Made by a program: the position numbers and the translations under genes
The notes under the pieces: model-generated
Seen by the model: only the letters and a program-made list of their open reading frames with translations
Databases searched by the model: none
What the model was told of the DNA's origin: nothing
Assembly (NCBI GenBank): GCA_963667725.2
Contig: CAXXHO010000005.1
Span: 640,001 to 704,000 of the forward strand
From: Treponemataceae bacterium
GTDB taxonomy: Bacteria; Spirochaetota; Spirochaetia; Treponematales; Rectinemataceae
Direction: 5' to 3'
Length of the DNA stretch: 64,000 nucleotides
Shown here: in pieces, positions 41,391-51,100 of the stretch
Numbering within the stretch: position 1 is the first letter of the stretch
Layout of the letters: each line of letters begins with the position of its first letter

Positions 41391-41428
41391 AAAAAAGGCC
41401 ACCCGCGAACGCGTCGCGGGTGGCCTTT
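41391..41428 (-). terminator. Rho-independent terminator after the winged-helix gene
   Basis: AGGCCACCCGCGA...TCGCGGGTGGCCT with T6 on the minus strand. Confidence 0.75.
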
Positions 41429-41451
41429 CCAATGAGCGAATCCATAGTCGT

Positions 41452-42120
41452 CTACATCGACACGGCATCCTTGTTGGATGAAGCTCCCTTGCTGAAAAGA
41501 GTGTCGGTACAGCCAAATAGGATATCGGCTAGATGAACCTTCGAGGCCCAAGCGCCGACACCGCGGTCCATCCCGCCAGCTAGATCCGCCTCGGCATTGT
41601 CGGGATCACCCTCGCCGCAGTCTTTTTCAAGACCGTTGAAGGTTTTAGCGGCCACGAACATGGCGCCGGGAAGAGCGAGAAGAGCTTCACGCCTAGCTTC
41701 CACGGGATTTTTCACGAAGGTTAGGCCGTGCCGCTCGCAGGAATAGTCGAAAAGAAAATCGAGCTCGGCGGGACCCTCGAGTACGAGGATGTCGAAGCCT
41801 TCTTTCGAAAGCCGAAGGACAAAGGCGTCGATCTTGTCGCGATAGAGGGAGGCGCTCCGCACCGCCCTCGTGAAGTAGGAGAGCGAACGGCGCAGCACCT
41901 CCTCCATGCCGTCGGAGGTGAGGATATAGCGCAGGCTGCGCCCCGAAAGGTGCATCAGCTTGACCCAGCCCCGCTCGATGAAACGCTTAAGGAGGGCGTT
42001 CGTCATTCCCAGGGACAGACCTGAGGCCCCGGCGAGGTCACGCTGCGAGGTGGTAGCGGAATCGTCCTGTTTTGAGTAGATGGTTTCAAGGAGTTGAAGC
42101 TCTGTATCGTTGGGGGTCAT
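41452..42120 (-). CDS. Winged-helix (MarR-like, EPS-associated) transcriptional regulator
   Basis: SQRDLAGASGLSLGMTNALLKRFIERGWVK...YILTSDG. Confidence 0.8.
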   Translation of the reverse strand: MTPNDTELQLLETIYSKQDDSATTSQRDLAGASGLSLGMTNALLKRFIERGWVKLMHLSGRSLRYILTSDGMEEVLRRSLSYFTRAVRSASLYRDKIDAFVLRLSKEGFDILVLEGPAELDFLFDYSCERHGLTFVKNPVEARREALLALPGAMFVAAKTFNGLEKDCGEGDPDNAEADLAGGMDRGVGAWASKVHLADILFGCTDTLFSKGASSNKDAVSM

Positions 42121-43181
42121 GTTTCCTTAGGATGGAGAGAGATGGCGAAACGAAATAAAAGGCCTAGGATCATCAGGGATATTATTTCTACAGGGAAAGA
42201 CAGATATGCGGGAAGTCTGCTCGCGACGATAAATACTATTGCCAGACAGGCAGCCGCCGCGTAGAAGATGCCGAGTATATTGATCAGCCTATAACCGCTA
42301 TCGAAAAAGCGATGATGGATATGAAGCCTGTCGGGAGTGGCGATGCTCACACGCGCCGCAACCCTTCGAACAATGGCGCATAACGTATCGATCACAGGAA
42401 TGGCGAGGAGGACGAAGGCCGGAAGCAACCCTATCGTTTTCATGGTCGCGCCACCCGATTGGCCAATGAAAGGAATGACGGAAAGCGAAAAACCGAGAAA
42501 GAGACTCCCCGAATCGCCCATGAACATCTTGGCCCTGGGCGCCGGAAAATTGACGATAAGGAATCCCGCGATCGCTCCCGCGAGCATGATGCAGAGAAAG
42601 CTCGCGGCCGCGTCGCCGGCAAGATAATAGAATGCCGCATAGGCGATAGACGCGATAAAGGAAAGCCCGCCAGCGAGACCGTCCAATCCATCGATAAGAT
42701 TGATCGCGTTGGTCACTCCCACGATCCACAGGAAGCTGATGATAGCGGACAACCACCCAAGACTGCCCGCAAGCGCGTCGGGAGCATAGCTGAAGCCCTG
42801 GAAGCGATACCCTCCACCCGCCACCACGACGAGAGCGGCGCTCATCTGAAATAGAAGCTTGGTTCTCGCCTTCACGCCTTTCACATCATCGATGAGCCCG
42901 ATAGCGTGAACAAGCGCCGCGCCGATTATGAAGGGCGCGAGCCTGGCGAATCGCCCGGAAAACTTACGGTAAAGTTCCGCCTCGGCGATCAAGGGATAGG
43001 CTATCGCCGCGACGAAGAAAGCCCAGAACATGCCCACGCCGCCAAGACGCGGTACTTGGCCGGAGTGGATCTTTCGTTTCCCCAGGCTGTCATAAAGCTC
43101 GTTTTTAGCGGCAAATTCCAGGATAAAGGGCATCGCGCTCGCGGAGAGAGCCGTTGAAAGGATTATGGTCGTCCATTGCAT
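42117..43181 (-). CDS. MraY/WecA-family undecaprenyl-phosphate sugar-1-phosphate transferase
   Basis: RKIH...PRLGG, GLIDD, NAINLIDGLDGLA, FMGDSGS, DRLHIHHR. Confidence 0.9.
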   Translation of the reverse strand: MQWTTIILSTALSASAMPFILEFAAKNELYDSLGKRKIHSGQVPRLGGVGMFWAFFVAAIAYPLIAEAELYRKFSGRFARLAPFIIGAALVHAIGLIDDVKGVKARTKLLFQMSAALVVVAGGGYRFQGFSYAPDALAGSLGWLSAIISFLWIVGVTNAINLIDGLDGLAGGLSFIASIAYAAFYYLAGDAAASFLCIMLAGAIAGFLIVNFPAPRAKMFMGDSGSLFLGFSLSVIPFIGQSGGATMKTIGLLPAFVLLAIPVIDTLCAIVRRVAARVSIATPDRLHIHHRFFDSGYRLINILGIFYAAAACLAIVFIVASRLPAYLSFPVEIISLMILGLLFRFAISLHPKET

Positions 43182-43202
43182 AGCTTCCCTTCTTTTTTTA
43201 GC

Positions 43203-43748
43203 TCAACCAACCTGAGCGTCGGGAAGAAGGCAACGGAAGAAAGAATTGGGAATCCTAAAGCTTTTCGTGGTGCCGCGGCGAGAGTACAACGTTAATGTCA
43301 CGGTATCGCCTTCGGCAAGGCAAGCGGCATGTTTCCCCAGATCGTCGAGCCCCAGAAGGAAGGTCACGGTAGCCTCGGAGTTGCCGTCTTCCAGATTCCT
43401 GATTTTCGTCATGCCAATCATGCTGAGGCTGCAATTGGAGGGAAAAAGCCATTTCAGTTCACCAGAAAGCGTAAAATCGCCGTCGCTGACGATGGTCACC
43501 ATCAATGCCTTGAGATTGTAGGATTCGGATAGGCTGGCACACAGCATCACCTTGGAAATGTCGTTGGTCGATACCGCGAAATCATCCCTTACGGAGAGAA
43601 GGGGGGGATCCCTGTCAAGCTTTTCGAAGAAGATGGTATGGAGAGTCGTGTCCACCAGAACTTCCGCAACGGTAACCTTCTGGGCGAAACAGTGAAATCC
43701 AAGGCAAAAGAACAAGGCAAAAACGCAGAATGCGACATTTTTTCTCAT
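43203..43748 (-). CDS. Hypothetical secreted protein
   Basis: Signal-peptide-like N-terminus; fills the gap in the operon; no recognisable motif. Confidence 0.55.
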   Translation of the reverse strand: MRKNVAFCVFALFFCLGFHCFAQKVTVAEVLVDTTLHTIFFEKLDRDPPLLSVRDDFAVSTNDISKVMLCASLSESYNLKALMVTIVSDGDFTLSGELKWLFPSNCSLSMIGMTKIRNLEDGNSEATVTFLLGLDDLGKHAACLAEGDTVTLTLYSRRGTTKSFRIPNSFFRCLLPDAQVG

Positions 43749-43883
43749 ATGTTTTTAAGAATAAAGATCTTCAAACTTTTTGTTCTGTTTCACCGTCTAG
43801 ACTATTTTTATATGTGAATAATCTTATCCCTTTCCTCCTGTGGAAATAAATTTAAATCCAGTTTCAATACGCCGTCAAGCTAA

Positions 43884-45119
43884 TTATTTCTTGTTCATTA
43901 TTTTTCGCCGCTTATTCTCCCCCGAGAACTTTGCCCTGACTTCGGGGTCGGAAACGAGCTTGCCGAAGGCATCGAGCACAAAGGCAAGAAGAACGGAGAG
44001 GAATCCACCGGCCATCGTGCCGACAACACAAATCATGGACCGCGAGGGTTCGCTTTTCTTTTCGGGCGGGATAGCCCTGTCGATCACCTCGACGAAAACT
44101 TTTTCGGTGGCATCCTGCAACTTCATGCTCTCAAGGCTAGAAAGAAGGGTACCATAGACTTTCGTGGCAAGCTCCAGCTCGGCCGTGAGATTCGCGTACT
44201 CCATGAGGGCGGCCGGCGTTTCGCTCATCGAAGGCCCCACCCCGCCGCCGGTTTTCTCAAAATCAGCCATCTGCTTCTTGACCGCATCGAGCTGAGTCTT
44301 GGCTGAAACGACCTTGGGATTGTCCGACGAGAGCGCGCTCTCGAGACGGGATATCTCAATTTCCAAGGTAATCTTTTGCTGTATCAACGCTTGATAGAGC
44401 TGCAACCCCCCAGCGCTCTGAACCTGAGGTTGGACGAACTTGTTTTTCTTTTGGTAAGCAGTCAGCTTGTTCTGGGCCGCGCGGACTTTCTGCTCCTGCT
44501 CGGTAGCCTGTTGTTCGAGAAGTATGATGTTTTTCCCGCTCGAAGACAGCACCCTGTCCGCGAGATCCTTTTGGATCATATCCAAGGCGCCATTCGCGAT
44601 AGTGCTGGAGAGCGTGGCGCTCTTGGTCTTGGCAACGATCTTCATCACGCTGGTTTTCGCGTCAGTAGATACCGACAGGACATCTTTCCGTAAAGCTTCA
44701 ACCGCGGCTCCCATAGGCGTGCCTTTTTTAATTTTTTCCGGATGCTCGATGAGGACAGGGATAAGGTTGAGCTCAGCTACAAGATTTTCCGCGAAACTGC
44801 GGCTCTTGAGAATAGCCTCGATCTTTATTGCAGGATCGCTGGAACTCCCTCCGGGCAGGCTCACCCCCGCCATCGCGGCGAGGCCCGCGTATTGAGAGAG
44901 CAGGGATGAAGAAGACCCGGATATCGGCAGCACCGTGGCGGAGGCTGTAAACATATTGGGCTGCAGGAGGGCGTAGACCACCGACAGGACAGCCGCAGCC
45001 GCCGTGACGGCCACTATGAGCATCTTGCGCCGCCACAGGGTGGCGGCGAGATCCACGAGACTGATCTCTTCGTCGCCACCGGAAGCCGGCGTTTTATTTT
45101 CCATTTCGTTGTCGGACAT
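43884..45119 (-). CDS. Wzz/GNVR-type polysaccharide chain-length determinant / co-polymerase
   Basis: EEISLVDL, two terminal TM segments, coiled coil, VIDRAIPPEKKSEPSR. Confidence 0.85.
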   Translation of the reverse strand: MSDNEMENKTPASGGDEEISLVDLAATLWRRKMLIVAVTAAAAVLSVVYALLQPNMFTASATVLPISGSSSSLLSQYAGLAAMAGVSLPGGSSSDPAIKIEAILKSRSFAENLVAELNLIPVLIEHPEKIKKGTPMGAAVEALRKDVLSVSTDAKTSVMKIVAKTKSATLSSTIANGALDMIQKDLADRVLSSSGKNIILLEQQATEQEQKVRAAQNKLTAYQKKNKFVQPQVQSAGGLQLYQALIQQKITLEIEISRLESALSSDNPKVVSAKTQLDAVKKQMADFEKTGGGVGPSMSETPAALMEYANLTAELELATKVYGTLLSSLESMKLQDATEKVFVEVIDRAIPPEKKSEPSRSMICVVGTMAGGFLSVLLAFVLDAFGKLVSDPEVRAKFSGENKRRKIMNKK

Positions 45120-45132
45120 AGAAGCTCCTCGC

Positions 45133-48100
45133 TCAGAGACCCAGGAGGGAAACAGTGCTCATGACGGTGTACATGATCTTATACCCCGAGTCGATAATAT
45201 CCTTGAAGTAGCCCCAGCCTACGTTGATCTTGGAGGACTTCGCCACGACGACGACCGTATCGCCCGGGTAGAGCTCAAATTTGAGAATGCTCGGCCTGAA
45301 GAAGAGGAAGCCCTTGCCCTCGGTGCTGTCCAGCTTGCCCGACGCGCGCATTATATAGGTTTTCTGGAGGTCGGCGTTGTTCGAAACCCAACCGGATTCG
45401 GCGATGGCTTGGCGAACCGTTAGCCCATCCCTAAAGGCCACGACATTCTGGTCCGAGACTTCGCCCGACACAAGAACATAGGTGGGAGTAGTCGGCACGA
45501 AGATGAGATCGTCGCGCTCCAGAACGACATTGGAAGACGAGCGGGCAAGCTCTTCGACTGTGTGGGGAATATCAATGGAAATCCTACCGAAACCGTCCTT
45601 GTACATTTGTTTGAGGCTGCCCAATCTGGCCCGCTGCACGGCGAGATCGATCTGAAGGTTAGCCACGACGGCGGCGGCGGAGCTAAGAGCGGTATCGGTA
45701 GAATTAGGCAGGGCGTTCCCCGCCCCCGTGACGGCTTCCAATTGGGAAATGATACGGTCAACCTGCTTCTTCTGGTTTTCGGCAGCCGTTCTGCGGATGA
45801 GGATAATGCCCTTGGGGTAAGCTCGGGAGTCATAACCGCCGGCGGCCTGAAGAGCGTCGGCAAGCCTCATACCGTCCTTGAACTCGATGGACTGAGGCGC
45901 CTGAACCGCTCCCCGTACCGTCACTATCGGCAGATTTTCCTCAGGAAGAAGCCGCTTGAAGGAAATGGCATCCCCGGGCTGAAGCACCAGCTTGCTGGCC
46001 GACTGCCGCTTGAGATATTCCTCAAGATAGATATTCAGGGTTTCTCCGTTCGTCCTGGTGACAACTGCCTTGAGGGAATCAAGATCTATCTTCAGCTTCA
46101 CCGAGCGGAGCACTTGGGAAAATTCCATGTTGTCATAGTAGGGAATGACCTTAGGCTCCTGGACCTCACCGGAAGCAGTCACGGGAAGCTTACTGTACTT
46201 GGGATAGAAGATTACGTTGTCGCGTGGTTGGAGCTCTACATCGGTCCTGCCCTGGACAATACTGGAAGGGGAGAAGCTCAGAATTGTCTCGGAATCCATG
46301 CCGCGACGCCGGACTTCGGCGTAAGATGTGTCGGTTTCGATGAGAATATCATCCTCGGCGAGGATATGAGAAAGCTGCAAGCCTTCGTACCAGGCATAAC
46401 GACCGGGATATCGCGTGGTACCCTTAATGAGTACGGTGTCGGGATTACGGGAAAAATCGTAGGTCTGGGTTTTTTCATCGGCCGGAATGAGCCTGATGAT
46501 ATCCCGGGGGAATATTCTTTCATCCTGCAAGCCCACCAGGACGGCGTAAGGACTGAAGGTCTTGTATTCAATCCTCCCCCCCATGATCCAGCGTTCGATT
46601 TCCGCGAAATAAAGGTAGGTAGCGCTGACGATCTGTTCCGGCGTGATGATCTCCGAAAGAAGCTTAGGCGCATCGGTAGAATAGAGACCGGTGCGCCGGG
46701 CGGAGCCTACCACGGCGTATGCATTGCCGAAGTGATCAAAGTCGGGTTTTTCGGGAAGATAGCCGACATTGACGAAGCGAATGTAATCCTGGGCTCTGAG
46801 ATCCATATCCATTTTGCCGGCAAGCACTTCGCGCGGCGAGAAGCTTTTGAATTCCCAGCCTCCATCGGGTTTTCTCCGGGTGAGCTCAGCATAATCGAGA
46901 TTAGTTTCCTGGAGTATCTGCTCCGAGGTGACCACAGAGGAGAGTTTGAGCGTAGGAGTACGGGCGTAGGGGCCGACATAACGAATAACCCCAGAAACAT
47001 TGACGATTTCAAGGAAGAACCCAACATCGGGGGATATATCGGATGAGTTCGGCGCGGAAAGCGCCCCCACCGCGGATGGAGCCGCAGGCGATGATGCAGG
47101 TGGCGCACCCTCGACCGATATCGCCGTTATCTGCCCATTCTGCGTTCCATTATTTATGGGACCCAAGGTCTGGTTTTGAACGGGCGGAGAGAGAGTCGAA
47201 TAGTATTGGATCATATCCTTAGGCTGCAATTCGATATCAAAGATGCCGGAACCTACTTCCCTGGGAGCAAAGGTGACGGTCTGTTTTTTGCCGCCCCTGA
47301 GAGGTCTGACGATTTCGGCATAGACCTGATTCATGATGAGAAGGGGCTTAACCATAGTTTGAATGGCCGAAAGCTTCATACCCCGCTTCCAGGCAAAGAT
47401 GCCGGAGAACTGAGTAGGTCCCGTAATGAGGACAGCTTCAGGGTAACGATCGAAGTCGGGTGTTTCGGGCCTGTAATTAACCTTCACAAGCTTTATCTGA
47501 TCGCGAGGACCTACTTCGAAGTCCCATGCACCGCTCAGCACCTCTCCGGGTCTGAAGGTCAAATACTCGTTTTTCCCATCGGCCCTTAGCCGCAGGATTT
47601 CGGCATAGTTCAGGTTCGTATCCAGCAGCATCTGATCTTTTGTTATGAGCGTCGAAAGTTTCATGCTCGGCCGCAGCGCAAACAGCTCAGGCTTTGTCAC
47701 CTGGCCGGTGAGCTGAACTACATCGGCAAATTTCTCGACATTCGCGGCGGCAAGAGTCCCACCGAACGTAGTCTTCTTTACGAGTCTGATGGAATCCCTG
47801 GCGCGAAGCGCTAGGTCGAATTTTCCCTCCAGCACTTCACGCGGGGCGAAAGTAGCGTATTCGCTGCTTCCATCGGCCTTGAGCCTTGTCAACTCGGCGT
47901 AATCGAGATTGGTCTCCTCGAGCATCTGATCGGCAGTAATCACCGACGAGAGCTTGAGCGTGGGCGTCCGAGCCCAGGGGCCTGAGTAGCGAACCGCCCC
48001 AGAGACCGTCACCACTTCGAGGAAGCGGCCCAGATCCGAGGGAGAAACGGAGGATGCTTCCGCGGGCGCGATAACAGTGGAGGCGGGCGCAGGGGGAGAT

Positions 48101-51100
48101 CCAGGTGATTGGACAGGAACAGCAGGACTTGCAGGACCTACAGGAGTCGTCTCAGTAGAGACGGCCTCAGTAGAGGCGGCCTCGGCGGGAGCGGCGGTCG
48201 GTAACGTTAAAATGGCAGGGTCTGGCCCCATGGTTTCGGCGCCTAGTTTAGTAGCCGACACCGGCGCCGTCGTATAAAGGCGCACTGAATCACGGGCCAT
48301 TAGTGTAAGATCAAAAATGCCGCCAGCCACTTCCTTCGGGGAGAAGGTGAGGTATTCGAATTTGTCGCCACCTAGAGGGCGAACAATTTCCGCATAGACT
48401 TGGTTGATCACGAGCGAGGGCTTGGACTTCGCGAGCAGCGAGGAAAGCTTCATGTCCTCGCGCCAGGCGTAGAGGCCACCGAACTGAACAGGGCCCGTCA
48501 CCTGGACAGCAGCGAAGAAGCGATCGAAATCGGGTTTCGCGGGACCGTAACCCACTTTTAGGAGCTTCACCATGTCACGGGCGCTCAGGTCGAAATCCCA
48601 GGATCCGTCCAGTACTTCAGAAGGCCTGAAGGTCACGTACTCGTTCTTTCCATCGGCCTTGAGCCGCGTAATCTCGGCGTAGTTGAGGTTCGTGTCCAGC
48701 AGCACCTGATCCTTCGTCAGGATCTTCGAAAGCTTCATGCCAGGGAGAAGGGCGAAGAGCTCGGGACGAGCAGCCTGACCGGTGAGTTGCACAACGTCAG
48801 CGAACTTCTCAATATCCACTGCACCAAGAGTTCCACCGAATATAGTTTTCTTGACAAGCCGGATCGAATCCTTAGCCTGAAGGGCAAGATCATACTTCCC
48901 TTCAAGGACTTCGCGCGGGGCGAAGGTTTGGTATTCGGAAGAACCATCGGCCTTAAGCCGGGTGAGTTCAGCGTAATCGAGGTTGGTCTCTTCGAGCATC
49001 TGATCGGCGGTGATCACCGACGAGAGCTTCAAGGAAGGAGTCCTGGCATAAGGGCCGATATAGCGAATAGTGCCAGATATCGTTACCACTTCAAGGAAAC
49101 GTCCAAGATCGGAAGGAGAAGCTTCGCTGATCACCTCAGCTACCGAAACCGGCGCCGTTGAACCAGCGACAGGAGTAGCTGGCGTCGTTGTTTCAGTCGG
49201 CAATTCAGCAGCCAGTTTAGCAGTCGCCGCTGGCGCCGTCGTATAAAGCTTCACCACGTCGCGAGCCTGAAGCTCAAGATCGAAGGAGGCATCAGCTACT
49301 TCGCGCGGCGCAAAGGTCAGGTATTCGTATCGTCCACCACCCTTGGGTCTCACTACTTCAGCATAATATTTATTGGTCTCCTGAGCGGGCTGAGCCAGCG
49401 AAAGAAGAGCCGAGAGCTTCATGCCGCTTTTCCAGGCGTAGAGGCCGCCGAACTGGACGGGACCTATCACCTGAACAGCGGAGGAGAAACGATCGAAGTC
49501 GGGCTTTGCGGGAGCGTAACCGACTTTGAGGAGTTTCACCACATCGCGAGAGCCCAAGTCGAAATCCCAGGAACCGTCCAAAACTTCGGAAGGCCTGAAG
49601 GTCAGGTACTCGTTCTTCCCGTCGGCCTTGAGGCGCGTTATCTCGGCGTAGTTGAGGTTCGTATCCAGCAGCACCCGATCCTTTGTCAGGATCTTCGAAA
49701 GCTTCATGCCAGGGAGGAGGGCAAATAGCTCGGGACGAGCAGCCTGACCGGTGAGCTGCACCAGGTCGGCAAACTTCTCAATATTCGCGGGGGCAAGAGC
49801 TCCACCAAACGCAGTTTTCTTAACGAGACGAATCGAGTCCTTGGCTTGTAGCGCGAGGTCAAATTTCTTCGCAAGCACATCCTTAGGAGCAAAGGTCTGA
49901 TATTCGTAGCTACCATCATCCTTTAGCCTCGTAAGTTCAGCGTAATCAAGGTTGGTTTCTTCAAGCATCTGATCGACGGTGATCACCGAGGAGAGCTTCA
50001 AGGTAGGCGTACGAGCCCAGGGGCCTGTATAGCGAACCGCCCCGGAGACCGTCACCACTTCGAGAAACATGCCCAGGTCGGCGGTAGATTCGGCGGAGAG
50101 TTCTGAAGGCATTCCAGTAGAAACCGCAGCGGCAATAGAAGGCGCTGTCGTTTCCCCAACCGCAGCGGGAGCGGGAACAGGCGCAGCAGTGGTCGCCGCC
50201 ACAGGTTCGGCAGCCGCAGGTACCGCAGGCGCCGGCACAGCCGCGGGGACTTCTACGCCCTGTTTGAGGGGAGTGGCGGGAACCGTCGTATAGAAGCGGA
50301 CAGAATCCCTCGCCTTCAGGGAGAGATCGAAGATGCCAGCGGCCACTTCCTTCGGGGAGAAGGTCAGGTACTCGAATTTGTCGCCACCCAAAGGGCGCAC
50401 AATCTCGGCATAGACTTGGTTGATCACAAGCGAGGGCTTGGCCTTCGCGAGTAGCGAGGAAAGCTTCATATTCTCGCGCCAGGCGTAGAGGCCGCCGAAC
50501 TGGACTGGCCCCGTCACCTGAACGGCGGCGGAGAATCGATCGAAGTCGGGCTTCGCGGGAGCGTAACCTACTTTAAGGAGCTTCACCACATCTCGGGAGC
50601 CCAGTTCGAAATCCCAGGAACCGTCCAGCACCTCGGAAGGCCTGAAGGTCACATACTCGTTCTTCCCGTCGGCCTTGAGGCGTGTTATCTCGGCGTAGTT
50701 GAGGTTTGTGTCTAGAAGCGCTTGATCCTTCGTCAGGATCTTTGAGAGCTTCAGCCCCGATCCCAGGGCATAGATTTCCGGTCTCGAAACCTGGCCGGTG
50801 AGACTGACCGCGTCGGGGAACTTGTCGAAATCATGGGTGGTCGCGTCGGCGCCACGTTTCACGAAGCGCACTTTATCGAGCCTCGCGAGTGTAGAGTCCT
50901 TCGCCCCGGAGAGAATTTCCCGAGGCGAGAAGGTGAAGTATTCCTCGGCCCCGGAGGCGGTCTTTCGGATTATCTCGCCATAGAAAGGGTTGGCGTCGAG
51001 GGTGAGTGCGTTATTAGAAAGGAGGCCTGAGAGCGTCGAGCCTTCCTTATAGAGATAGAACCCGGGATATTTTACCGGTCCCGATACCACGAGGGTGTCG

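Noticed and set aside
5281..47046. Long antisense or overlapping ORFs (e.g. 5281-6363, 6792-8177, 14975-16456, 17842-19332, 45562-47046)
   Set aside because: Shadow frames opposite well-supported genes in high-GC DNA, with no recognisable motifs
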